DNA of 64,000 bases. Origin: Thermodesulfobacteriota bacterium. GTDB taxonomy: Bacteria; Desulfobacterota_D; UBA1144; Nemesobacterales; UBA2774. The stretch covers positions 1,536,001 to 1,600,000 of the forward strand of contig OY729416.1 in assembly GCA_963422265.1 (NCBI GenBank). Direction: 5' to 3'. Both the position numbers and the translations under genes were made by a program. The notes under the pieces are model-generated. The model saw nothing but the letters and a program-made list of their open reading frames with translations, was not told the DNA's origin and did no database searches. Of this stretch, positions 28,181 through 36,043 are shown piece by piece; the first letter of the stretch is position 1, and each line of letters opens with the position of its first letter.

Positions 28181-29264
28181 ATTTTATGATTGTCCCTTTA
28201 GTAAACTTACCTCTCCTTCTCTTTTTTCCATCTATCTTTTTGGGTTCTACTTTAATTTTATGACTATTATAACCGTTTTCAGATTCCAAAAGTTTCAGCA
28301 CTTTGCGAGCATGTTGTTCAAGGAATGCAGTTTCATCGTTTGTATATTCAAGCACTTCTGAACAGTCTATGTTTTCTCTTCCCTGAAATTTTCCCCAAAT
28401 GATTGGTTCCAAGTCTCTTTCCGGAGTTGGAGAAAAAAGAACTCTTTGGCCGGGGTTTACTCCATCTGAAAAACTAAACAGTCCTAATCTATCCACCGTC
28501 CACATCGCTTCTTTCATTCTCTTATGCCCAAGGGGGTGTTTTGTGGCGAAGAAAAGGTCGTATATAGGTCTGTTGTGTCTATTTCTCATTTCAAAAGAGC
28601 GGACAAACTTTGCCGCTTTCCTCAAAGACTGCTCGTATAGCTCTCTTGCTTTAGCAATCCTATTGTTGGATGATGTGATGATCTCGGATGCCGATGTGTT
28701 ACCAATCAGTTTATTGGTTTGATCAGGGAGTTCCGTTACAAAGCGTTCCATCGTTGAGTGCATAAAGGTAATCATTGCTTCACACTTATCATTTTGAAGA
28801 AATCGTTTTATAAGACCAAAAGGTAACCCATTAATTCCAAAAGGGTCTATGAAAGCGAAGGTCGGAGCGATTTGCGAACCTTCTTCATCAAGAGAATCAA
28901 GAGTGCTTACAAGGGCGGATTCAAAATTGTTATTTATAACTTCAACCTTAAAAGTGCTCGGTTGTTGTTCAACTGTGCCTTTCAAGTGGTCTGCTCTGTC
29001 TTTGTCTTCTTCCACGAAAATGAAAACCAGTTCGTTGTTCCGCAGGTGTTTAAGTTGTCCTTTTGCAACGTTCAACGCTATTAAAGGAGATCCTTGTTCT
29101 CCTCCAGAATACTCACCCGGTCCAGCAAAGCCGTCGTAGTAAATTATCCGCCCGTTCCATTTTGCAAGAATTGGAAACCAAGCCTTTAGGTATTGCTTCA
29201 GTATTAAATGCTTCGCTTTAGTATGAGGCTCTATCGTCCAGACTTTTTCTTTAGGTGGAGTCAC
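28164..29264 (-). CDS. tcmP: three-Cys-motif partner protein TcmP (methyltransferase-like)
   Basis: HTKAKHLILKQYLKAWF, YDGFAGPG SAM-binding-like motif, FAFIDPFG; overlaps DUF5131. Confidence 0.85.
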   Translation of the reverse strand: MTPPKEKVWTIEPHTKAKHLILKQYLKAWFPILAKWNGRIIYYDGFAGPGEYSGGEQGSPLIALNVAKGQLKHLRNNELVFIFVEEDKDRADHLKGTVEQQPSTFKVEVINNNFESALVSTLDSLDEEGSQIAPTFAFIDPFGINGLPFGLIKRFLQNDKCEAMITFMHSTMERFVTELPDQTNKLIGNTSASEIITSSNNRIAKARELYEQSLRKAAKFVRSFEMRNRHNRPIYDLFFATKHPLGHKRMKEAMWTVDRLGLFSFSDGVNPGQRVLFSPTPERDLEPIIWGKFQGRENIDCSEVLEYTNDETAFLEQHARKVLKLLESENGYNSHKIKVEPKKIDGKKRRRGKFTKGTIIKFAEKG

Positions 29265-29898
29265 TTGCGTTTCTCCCTCTCATCAACTCACCCATCGCAG
29301 TCTTAAAAAAATCCTGCAATGCAGATTTTTTAGCTTAGTGATGTTCAATCTTTCTGTCAATTGTTGATAATTTAGTATCTATATTGTTTTGTTCGGACTT
29401 TTTTGGTTTTGGTAGTTGAAAGAGTGAAAGAGTTTTGCCAGATAAGTTGGGAATAGTTGTGCGGTTACCGAAAGTTCCGTAAGTATTTCTTAATCCGATT
29501 GCCAATTGTAGCCAATACATATAAAAAATTGAGATAATATCATCAGTTTTGGCACGGAGGCGGTGTATATGATTCTGAAAGTAGCATTCGGCTATTTCAC
29601 TTTGCCATATTGCCGTTCGGCCTATATCGCCCCCCTCACATACAAGCAGGTCGTCTTGTCTTAGTAAAAGCTTCTCTCTTTCGTCAGGAAGAACGTCCAT
29701 CTCATCAACTTTTGACAAATCTATCTTTCCCCAAAGAACGTTTGAAGTGCGCAAAAAAGGCTTTAGGTGTTTGCCCGTCTGTTTCCTCGAAGATAGAGAC
29801 TTGCCCTGCTTCATTTCAAACAATTCTTCTACGGTTACAACCTCCCACCCCTCTGGTATCTCTCCAATCTCCGTTTGCTTTATTCCTTCGCTAATCAT
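29251..29898 (-). pseudogene. hsdS: single-TRD (half) type I specificity subunit with an in-frame TAA at 29337-29335
   Basis: KQTEIGEIPEGWEV start; after the stop the frame continues AKKSALQDFFKTAMGELMRGRNASDST* to 29251, resembling the conserved HsdS terminal helix. Confidence 0.8.
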
Positions 29899-29919
29899 TT
29901 CTAATAATTGATTTCACAA

Positions 29920-31449
29920 TCAAGTTTCTTTCTGCCATCTTGATTCTTTAAGAACTTTAACAAAATTTTCCTTTCCTTCTACCAAGAAATCATTCATCTC
30001 TCTTTCTGACCAGATGTGGTTGTAGGTTTTTATTTTTTTATCTGTGGTTTTGTTTATATCTCCATTAACTCCGCCTACACTTGAAACTTTTATTGAAGTT
30101 TTATAATGAAATTCTCCTGCATCTATTGAGAGAGTAGAAGTCATGTCAAACGACTTTTTGCATTCTCCTCTGAATCGTCTGCAATTCAAAACTAAACGGA
30201 TTATTTTACTGTCGCCCGCATACTGGCTCCCTTCAATTATCAATGCCTTGAGATTTTCTTTCCAGTTTATTGATTCTTCACTGTGAGTATAGATACGAAA
30301 ACCGTAAGACGTAGGAAAAAACAATAAAGGGATATTCTTTTTTTCTAATTTCTCTCTTTCATCCATAGAATAAAGACTCCCTTTTACAAGAATCTCTTTT
30401 TCCAAAAAAGGTACATTAAATTGTCTAAAACCTTCTTCAAACTTTTCAAACAATAGCATGAAGAGTTCATCACATATTTTTTCTGCTGTTTCCTGCGATA
30501 AAGGAACCATAAAACCTTTGTTTTTTTCTTCATTCAAAAAACTAGTCCATTCCTTATCAATATCCTCAGGCTCGCTAATATTTTTTCCCTTCGCTGCCTT
30601 AATCCCAATCTCCAACCACGCAATCAGGCTTTTGCCAAGATAAACTGCTAGAGTGTCTATATCTCCTTTATCTCCTTTGTCCGCTCTTTGCAGAGCGGCG
30701 AAGTAATTTCTTTTATCTTCGCTTTTTATAACCATTGGGGGGTAACCGAGTCGTAGTAAAACATAGTTCATCCACAGTCGGGCGATTCGCCCGTTTCCAT
30801 CGTCGAACGGGTGAATGAGGATGAAGAGGTGGTGTAGCTCCGCAAGGAAGAAAGCAATTGAATTTCTGAATTCCCGATCAGGTCGGGCATGATGGGAGAG
30901 TAGGTCAGAATTGGAAAAGAGAGGGTGTGCATTAAACCACTTCATTAACTCTTCCATCTTTGCGGGGACTTCCGCAGGTTCGGCAAACTTGAAAATCTCT
31001 CCTGTTTCCGTTCTCACGTGGTTAGGCAGTTTTTTATATTGTCCAGGAATGATTTCCTTTTGGGTTTTTTGACCGTCAGTGGTTAAGGCTTCCTTCCAGA
31101 AAGGCTCTTTCAGGATGATTTTGTTCAAGTCTCTTACGTCAGCTTCGGTGAGATTTCTCTCTTTATCCTCTGCAAACTCCTTTACCGTATTTATTGCCAC
31201 ATCGTGGGCTTTCATTTCCATATAGTCTCGCTGTGGATGAATTCCTGTCTCTTTTCCTTCTATAAGCAGAAGTTCCGTCTCGCCGTAGGTCAGGGTGTTT
31301 CCCTCAATGTGGTTTGAGTTCCAGTTCCAATCAAGCCGCATTTTCTTCCACAGCCGTTCATAGTCCTCCTGCTTGAGTGGTTGTAGTGAACGCCATTCTT
31401 CATATAGTTCTTCAATGCTCTTGTTCACGTCTTCAAGGGACATTTGCAT
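29920..31449 (-). CDS. Fic-domain protein with N-terminal autoinhibitory motif (class II) and C-terminal extension
   Basis: HPFDDGNGRIAR catalytic motif; SNHIEGN inhibitory motif. Confidence 0.92.
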   Translation of the reverse strand: MQMSLEDVNKSIEELYEEWRSLQPLKQEDYERLWKKMRLDWNWNSNHIEGNTLTYGETELLLIEGKETGIHPQRDYMEMKAHDVAINTVKEFAEDKERNLTEADVRDLNKIILKEPFWKEALTTDGQKTQKEIIPGQYKKLPNHVRTETGEIFKFAEPAEVPAKMEELMKWFNAHPLFSNSDLLSHHARPDREFRNSIAFFLAELHHLFILIHPFDDGNGRIARLWMNYVLLRLGYPPMVIKSEDKRNYFAALQRADKGDKGDIDTLAVYLGKSLIAWLEIGIKAAKGKNISEPEDIDKEWTSFLNEEKNKGFMVPLSQETAEKICDELFMLLFEKFEEGFRQFNVPFLEKEILVKGSLYSMDEREKLEKKNIPLLFFPTSYGFRIYTHSEESINWKENLKALIIEGSQYAGDSKIIRLVLNCRRFRGECKKSFDMTSTLSIDAGEFHYKTSIKVSSVGGVNGDINKTTDKKIKTYNHIWSEREMNDFLVEGKENFVKVLKESRWQKET

Positions 31450-31574
31450 TTCTCCAGTTTACTTCAAGATGTAAGTGAGAAGATTGGTTGACAGCTTTAA
31501 TTGGGAGTTGGTTTGGGGTAAAAGTTTTCGTAATCTGTTCCTCCCTGAATACAGCTTTATAATTAACCTTATTC

Positions 31575-32261
31575 TTAATTCTTCAGTCTTCGGATCTCCT
31601 CAATCTCCGTTTTCTTTGTCTTGTGTCTGTAATCTCTGGGGTCTATGCACTCGTCATACATTTTTCTTTCAATCTTTATCCAGTCAGTGTTGTTGATTCC
31701 CCGATTGTTGTCGTATGTCTTACTTACGGGGAAGGCACTTGCAATTTTGATCCAGCGGTTTTCCCGTCTTGCGATGTATCTCACCTCTTTTGCTACTTCT
31801 GACAAGTCCTGATCCTGACTTAGGATGACGGCGACGTTGCACTTATCTTCAAACACCGCCCTTGTAACGTCAAGCGCAAGCCGAACGTCAATACCCTTTT
31901 CCCGTCCGACGAGGACAGGTTTTGATGTTTTTCCAGAGTTGACCTTAGTCTTTGAGTAAAAGAGAGAGCGGGAAAACGTGTATATGCCTTTCTCTTTCAT
32001 TCTATCCATTTTACGACGCCAAAACTCATGCCATTCTGGTGATATGCTTTTTCTAGGCACGCCCGTATAAAAATGAATAGAAACTGGAATGCCCCATCCT
32101 TGTTTTTCAGATATGGAGTGAGCTAGCTTCTGAATATCGTAGTTGGGGTATCGGTAGTTGAAAGCTTCTTTGATACTGTGAAAGAAGTTTTGATCATCAA
32201 CGAAAAAAGAATCCCTTTCCCTGCTCGGAGGCAGGGACATGTTACTTTGAGGTTCGATCAT
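31575..32261 (-). CDS. NYN-domain (LabA/DUF88, PIN-fold) predicted ribonuclease
   Basis: FVDDQNFFH, REKGIDVRLALD, ILSQDQDL; GGGAGGT RBS before ATG 32261. Confidence 0.88.
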   Translation of the reverse strand: MIEPQSNMSLPPSRERDSFFVDDQNFFHSIKEAFNYRYPNYDIQKLAHSISEKQGWGIPVSIHFYTGVPRKSISPEWHEFWRRKMDRMKEKGIYTFSRSLFYSKTKVNSGKTSKPVLVGREKGIDVRLALDVTRAVFEDKCNVAVILSQDQDLSEVAKEVRYIARRENRWIKIASAFPVSKTYDNNRGINNTDWIKIERKMYDECIDPRDYRHKTKKTEIEEIRRLKN

Positions 32262-32280
32262 GACTGAACCTCCCAAGGGG

Positions 32281-32453
32281 CAAAAAATAACCCCGACGGG
32301 CCCTTCCAAAAAGGAAGAACGCGGCGGGGATGCAGATGTCTAACCGAAAACTCCTTAGAGCAAATAGTAATTGTCCGAGGAGGTATATTTGGCTTAGATG
32401 ATAACCCCAACGGGCTCTTACAAAAGGAAGAACGCGGCGGGGAGCAAATGTTG
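32281..32453 (-). ncRNA. candidate structured small RNA (hairpin repeat, 61-nt spacer, hairpin repeat, U-tract) upstream of the NYN gene
   Basis: Direct repeats at 32287-32339 and 32401-32451, each folding as CCCCG..CTTCC-T(4-5)-G(G/T)AAG..(C/T)GGGG; TTATTTTTT after the distal copy; promoter immediately 5'. Confidence 0.6.
32287..32451. repeat. two ~52-bp direct repeats with a 114-bp period
   Basis: ATAACCCCGACGGGCCCTTCCAAAAAGGAAGAACGCGGCGGGGATGCAGATGT versus ATAACCCCAACGGGCTCTTACAAAAGGAAGAACGCGGCGGGGAGCAAATGT. Confidence 0.95.
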
Positions 32454-32458
32454 CTATG

Positions 32459-32488
32459 ACTGTATATGATTTTATAAGTGCTTGTCAA
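32459..32488 (-). promoter_or_regulatory. sigma70-type promoter for the repeat RNA/NYN unit
   Basis: TTGACA (32488-32483)-N18-TACAGT (32464-32459); predicted TSS ~32453-32451, at the start of the first repeat. Confidence 0.65.
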
Positions 32489-32510
32489 ATAGTTTTTTTG
32501 TAACATAGTT

Positions 32511-34067
32511 TCATTTCTCACTCCCCATTTTCCTGAAAATACTTTCAATCTCACCATCAATTGTTTTAGACTCCTTCTCAAGTTCTTTTAGCTCTTTCCA
32601 TATCTCCGGTATAGGTCTAAGGATTTCTTTTTCCGTCGTGTCAACGTAGCGCGACGGTGAAAGGTTGTAGTCGTTTTTCGCTGCCTCACCCGTAGTTATA
32701 ACCTTTGAGAAACGCTCAATATTCTCTCCCTTGGCAAAGGCATCTGCTATCTTCTTTATGCCTTCATCGGTCAGGTAATTTTTAGGTCTGCCCTTCTTAA
32801 ACTCTCCACTTGCATTTATAAACGTTATCCTGCCCTTTTGCTCCTTAGGCTTATTTCTGCTTAACAGTATGATTATTCCCGCTGCGGTTGTGTTGTAGAA
32901 AAGGTTTTCAGGAAGAAGGATTACGCCGTCTATAAGGTCGTTTTCCACAAACCACTTGCGAATTCTCTTTTCTTTGTCCTCACCTGCCGCCCCGCTTCCG
33001 CGAGTTACAGCTCCGGTATCTATGACGACCGCAGCCCTTCCTTTAGGGTTAAGCGTCTTCGCCGTGTGCTGAAGCCATGCCCAGTCTGCCTTTCCAGTTG
33101 TTATGCCCCCCTGTGATTCAAATCTATCAAACGGGTCGTCCTCGTATGTAGAGACATTGAAGGGCTGGTTCCACATCGGATTGGCTACTACTATGTCAAA
33201 CTGCTTTAGACTACCGTCTTCGTTACGGAATTTTGGATTAGTCATTGAGTTTCCGCGTGAGATTTTGGATTCCATATCGTGAATAATTGTATTCATAAGT
33301 GCCATGGCGTAGTTGTCGCTCCCAAGCTCCTGCCCGAACAGCTTGAGGGGCTTTCCCTTTTTGGCATCAGGGTCGCGCTCTAGCAGGGCAAGCTCGCATT
33401 TGACAAGCAGGCCAGCTGATCCGCAGGCGTAGTCATGGACGGTTTCCCCCTGACGGGGTTTCATCATCCTCGCCATAAGCCAGCCCACTTCGGTAGGCGT
33501 AAAGAACTCCCCGGCGCTTTGGCCAGAGTCCTCGGCGAATTTTCTCAGTAGGTATTCATAGCAGCGTCCTAGAAAGTCCGGCTCAACGTTAAAAAGCCCA
33601 AGTCGGTATCGCGGGTCAGAAAGCGTCTCAATCACGACTTTAAGGGCAGAGTCGCTTACCTCACGCTCCCCGCCTTTTGTTTCGTTGTAATCAACAAGGT
33701 TTATCACCCCCTCTAGAGAGGGGTTTTCTCTTGCAACTGTCCGCATCGCGGTAGTTATTTGTTCTCCGAGGTTATTCGTGTTCGGGCCTTTACCCTGTGG
33801 CGAGTCAAGCTGCTCGCGTCCGCTAAGAACTGCCCAGTGGGTTTCAGGCGGTAGATAAAAGCGCGTCATTTCTCTATCTTCACTGGCGATTCTCAGTGCT
33901 TTTTCCACTCCTCCTTGCGACTCGGCAAGCCGTGAAATTTCATCTTCAAACACGTTGGAAAGACGCTTTAAGAAGATAAGAGGAAGAAGGTAGTCTTTGA
34001 ATTTAGGGGCATCCTTTTCACCTCTGATTGAGCAGGCGGCTTTCCACAGCATTTGTTCCATCATCAT
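32511..34067 (-). CDS. hsdM: type I R-M N6-adenine methyltransferase M subunit
   Basis: LWKAACSIRG, GEFFTP, DYACGSAGLL (motif I), VANPMW (motif IV variant), LPENLFYNT, YNLSPSRY. Confidence 0.95.
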   Translation of the reverse strand: MMMEQMLWKAACSIRGEKDAPKFKDYLLPLIFLKRLSNVFEDEISRLAESQGGVEKALRIASEDREMTRFYLPPETHWAVLSGREQLDSPQGKGPNTNNLGEQITTAMRTVARENPSLEGVINLVDYNETKGGEREVSDSALKVVIETLSDPRYRLGLFNVEPDFLGRCYEYLLRKFAEDSGQSAGEFFTPTEVGWLMARMMKPRQGETVHDYACGSAGLLVKCELALLERDPDAKKGKPLKLFGQELGSDNYAMALMNTIIHDMESKISRGNSMTNPKFRNEDGSLKQFDIVVANPMWNQPFNVSTYEDDPFDRFESQGGITTGKADWAWLQHTAKTLNPKGRAAVVIDTGAVTRGSGAAGEDKEKRIRKWFVENDLIDGVILLPENLFYNTTAAGIIILLSRNKPKEQKGRITFINASGEFKKGRPKNYLTDEGIKKIADAFAKGENIERFSKVITTGEAAKNDYNLSPSRYVDTTEKEILRPIPEIWKELKELEKESKTIDGEIESIFRKMGSEK

Positions 34068-34276
34068 GGATGCGGGTCCGATTTTGTCCCTTCGGTTTCC
34101 TCTGCCATTGCCATTATTGCTCTTGCGTGTTTAGCGCGGGGCGTCCGACGTCCATTTTCCCAACCGTTCAAGGTAGAAAAAGAAACCCCAAGTCTTGAAG
34201 CCATCTCTTCCTGAGACAGATTGAGTTTTTCCCTAATGCTTACTATGATAATGGTAAAGTCTTCTTTATCAGCCAA
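34064..34276 (-). CDS. XRE-family HTH regulator coupled to hsdM
   Basis: IREKLNLSQEEMASRLGVSFSTLNGWENGRRTP; GAGGAG RBS; ATGA overlap with hsdM. Confidence 0.85.
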   Translation of the reverse strand: MADKEDFTIIIVSIREKLNLSQEEMASRLGVSFSTLNGWENGRRTPRAKHARAIMAMAEETEGTKSDPHP

Positions 34277-34316
34277 AGCACACTCCTCTTGCTTACTATA
34301 ATTGCTATAGAATATA

Positions 34317-35759
34317 TTACATTTGATTTGTCAAGTCTGACGCAGGTTGCAACAAGGCTTCCCTAAATTTCTTACCTGTCAAAGATCTTCCTGCATCATA
34401 GCAGGCGATGCTTATGGGACTGAAGAGGACCGTTCCACTATCATATCTCCGGTAGCTACGTTTGGTAAGTGTAAAGCAGACGCAACCTGGTGAATAAGGT
34501 GCATTTCCGAGCTTCTGCTCCGTGGCAAAATCAAGTAGCCCCTTAATCTCAGACAAGTTTTCAAAGGGTCTGTCAGACCATTTAATTTCAATTGCTAGCT
34601 TTGCTTGTGTTCCCGTTTCATCCATAATTACTAAGTCAACCTCTCCGTTTCTCCAGCGAGCGTAACACAATCTTTCAAACTGCTTTGTAAGGTGAAATAG
34701 GTGGCTGAAGACGGCGGTTTCCGCGAGTTTTCCCAAAACGGTTTTGTTATCCTCACTCACCGGTCCAAACAGCGCTGCATACATTGAGGGGTTTGTAAGA
34801 TAGACTTTGAATTTATGCTCTCGTTTGAACCTTCTAGCGCTCTTGTCTATTCGGTTGAGGCGTTTTATCAGGAAGGCGGCTTCAAGATATTCTAGATACC
34901 TATATAGTGTACCCTTAGCTACATTTGATCCTTGAGAGAGTCCAGGAAGATCAATCTCCTGTCCCGTGTTGTGAGCGAGCGTCATAAATAGCCGATTGAG
35001 TTCTGGAATATCGCTGATTCCATAAAGGCTTGGCAGGTCGCGCAGAAGCACCTTGTCTATGATGTCGTTTCTGATAAAGCGGCTTGGATCCTTTCTAATC
35101 TCTTCTGAGAATACGGCTTCTGGATAACCTCCAAAGTTTATGTAGTTCACAAACTCTTTGTTGACTTCTTCAATCTCCGTTTTCACGGTGATGCTTACTT
35201 CTCTGAATTTCATGTATTCATAAAACGTCAAAGGGCGCAGGGTAAAGTCGGTGAATCTTCCTGCGCCGGACTCATCACTTTTCAGTTTTAGAGCGGCAGC
35301 CGCCGAACCTGTGGCTATGAAGCGGTGCTGTGGGTAGGAGTCAACCAATGATTTCAAGTGTTTCTCCCAGTCTTTCAGGTATTGGATTTCATCAAAAAAG
35401 AGATAGGCGGACCCATTGTGGGGAATTGTATTCAATTCGATGAACGTCAGAAGTATATTTTCAAGCGACAGTCCAGCATACAGCGGGTTGTCTAGAGGGA
35501 CGTAAAGAACGTTTTTCGGGTCAATTCCTTCCTTTATAAGTTGGGCTATTGCCTGATGAACCATAACGGTCTTGCCCACCCTGCGGGGTCCCATCAAGAC
35601 AACCGCACGGTTAATCTCCGTTTTAGCTATTAGTTCGTAAAATGGGGAGAGATAGCCTCGTTTCGGTTTATCTTTCCACCTAACGTCATTGCTGTCTTTC
35701 CACCAGGGACTGTCCATGCGAAGGCGCTGGAGGATTTCTTCTTTTGAAACACTTAACAT
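34317..35759 (-). CDS. AAA_14 ATPase with DUF4143 / C-terminal PD-(D/E)xK-like domain
   Basis: GPRRVGKT, FFDEIQ, ATGSA, GGYPE, EVDLV..AIEIKW; ATG at 35759. Confidence 0.9.
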   Translation of the reverse strand: MLSVSKEEILQRLRMDSPWWKDSNDVRWKDKPKRGYLSPFYELIAKTEINRAVVLMGPRRVGKTVMVHQAIAQLIKEGIDPKNVLYVPLDNPLYAGLSLENILLTFIELNTIPHNGSAYLFFDEIQYLKDWEKHLKSLVDSYPQHRFIATGSAAAALKLKSDESGAGRFTDFTLRPLTFYEYMKFREVSITVKTEIEEVNKEFVNYINFGGYPEAVFSEEIRKDPSRFIRNDIIDKVLLRDLPSLYGISDIPELNRLFMTLAHNTGQEIDLPGLSQGSNVAKGTLYRYLEYLEAAFLIKRLNRIDKSARRFKREHKFKVYLTNPSMYAALFGPVSEDNKTVLGKLAETAVFSHLFHLTKQFERLCYARWRNGEVDLVIMDETGTQAKLAIEIKWSDRPFENLSEIKGLLDFATEQKLGNAPYSPGCVCFTLTKRSYRRYDSGTVLFSPISIACYDAGRSLTGKKFREALLQPASDLTNQM

Positions 35760-35787
35760 AAAGTTCAATCTTACTAAAAAGAAGTTG

Positions 35788-35827
35788 ATTGTCAAATAAG
35801 ACTAATTGATTAGTCTTATTTGACAAT
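35788..35827. promoter_or_regulatory. perfect 19-bp inverted repeat overlapping the ATPase promoter
   Basis: ATTGTCAAATAAGACTAAT-TG-ATTAGTCTTATTTGACAAT; minus strand reads TTGACA-N16-TAAGAT. Confidence 0.75.
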
Positions 35828-36043
35828 AAGGCAAATAGTTTAATGAAAACGGTAAGTTAGAAGTGTCAAATAGTCATGCTCCGAGTCTCATCGGGGAAGC
35901 ATCAGAGAGAAAGTCCAATAATCATAATCAATTGTTCTTAATTTAACATTATCCTGAATTAGTTAATAAAACTAGTAGGTTAGCATATGCAAATAAGCGC
36001 ACGGCGTTGGTAGATTTCCAATTATGATGGTAATTTACTTTCT

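Noticed and set aside
31475-31696. 73-aa plus-strand ORF, or a missing hsdS half between NYN and Fic
   Set aside because: The ORF is antisense to the NYN end, and I found no HsdS-like translation in the 125-bp gap.
32287-32451. Canonical CRISPR array
   Set aside because: Only two ~52-bp repeats with a 61-bp spacer, and no cas genes in the window; kept instead as a candidate structured RNA.
32258-32581. 107-aa ORF spanning the hsdM end and the repeat region, and the 16-aa N-terminal extension of NYN to 32309
   Set aside because: They overlap hsdM, the promoter and the hairpins; the good RBS points to ATG 32261.
23800-36000. Prophage or integrative element
   Set aside because: No integrase, transposase, structural genes, tRNA or att repeats seen; DUF5131 alone does not indicate a prophage.
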